A DNA stretch of 63,691 nt, filler included, from Octopus bimaculoides (taxonomy: Eukaryota): NCBI RefSeq assembly GCF_001194135.2. It is 4 parts of 4 records of this genome, joined end to end, with 100 filler letters (N's around TTAATTAATTAA, not from the genome) between each part and the next. Parts side by side here need not be neighbours in the genome. Positions count along the whole stretch, not along the records: positions 41,305 to 63,691 come from NC_069007.1; 3 more parts are not named here. One strand, 5' to 3'. The notes below the pieces were generated by a model, which ran no database searches, was not told the DNA's origin, and saw only the letters and a program-made list of their open reading frames with translations. The position numbers were made by a program, and so were the translations under genes. This document shows, piece by piece, positions 63,214-63,691 of this stretch. Numbering within the stretch: the stretch's first letter is position 1; every line of letters starts with the position of its first letter.

Positions 63214-63691
63214 GTTGACTTATACACCAGGGCAACTTTGGAGGACCAAAAACTTTTTATGAAATGCAGCAGAATTTCGAAAGATAGTTCTGTTGTTTGA
63301 GTGTTTACACTATGTGCTATACTCTTTTTACTTGTTTCAGTTAATTGACTGTGGCCATACTGGAGCACCGCCTTTAGTCGAGCAAATTGACCCCAGAACT
63401 TATTCTTTGTAAGCCTGGTACTTATTCTATCAGTCTCTTTTGCCGAACCTCTAAGTTACGGGGATGTAAACACACCAGCATCAGTTGTCAAGTGATGTTG
63501 GGGGGACAAATACAGACACACAAACATACATACATCATCATCGTCATCATCGTTTAACGTCCGCTTTCCATGCTAGCATGGGTTGGACGATCTGACTGAG
63601 GACTGGTGAAACCGGATGGCAACACCAGGCTCCAGTCTGATTTGGCAGAGTTTCTACAGCTGGATGCCCTTCCTAACGCCAACCACTCAGA

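Overview
Eukaryotic, AT-rich, repeat- and microsatellite-dense genomic DNA with many N gaps. The SINE families and microsatellite load suggest a coleoid cephalopod (Octopus-like); this is inference, not a database result. The one confidently identified gene is a multi-exon CMTR2 (cap2 mRNA 2'-O-methyltransferase) on the + strand. Six phase-compatible coding exons are visible from 47084 to 63073, the K-D-K-E catalytic tetrad is intact, the N-terminus is hidden in the 46732-47083 gap, and the gene runs off the window end. Most of the remaining recognisable sequence is transposon debris: three tRNA-derived SINE families, RTE, CR1 and Tx1 LINE ends, a Ty3/Gypsy remnant, a Helitron fragment, HINE-like Helentron elements and several MITEs. 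Most notable signals: (1) a well-formed type I hammerhead ribozyme with a U3-A8 covariant core at 18472-18538 (-), plus a second hammerhead-like family in two copies; (2) a sharp CpG-decay contrast between SINE copies inside and outside the CMTR2 locus, consistent with germline gene-body methylation and bracketing the promoter near 42-45 kb; (3) a Gypsy/SINE/Tx1/Helitron pile just upstream of the first coding exon; (4) inverted young SINE pairs flanking CMTR2 exons. Most ORF-track entries are microsatellite, repeat or N-gap artefacts. No prokaryote-type system or CRISPR array is supported.
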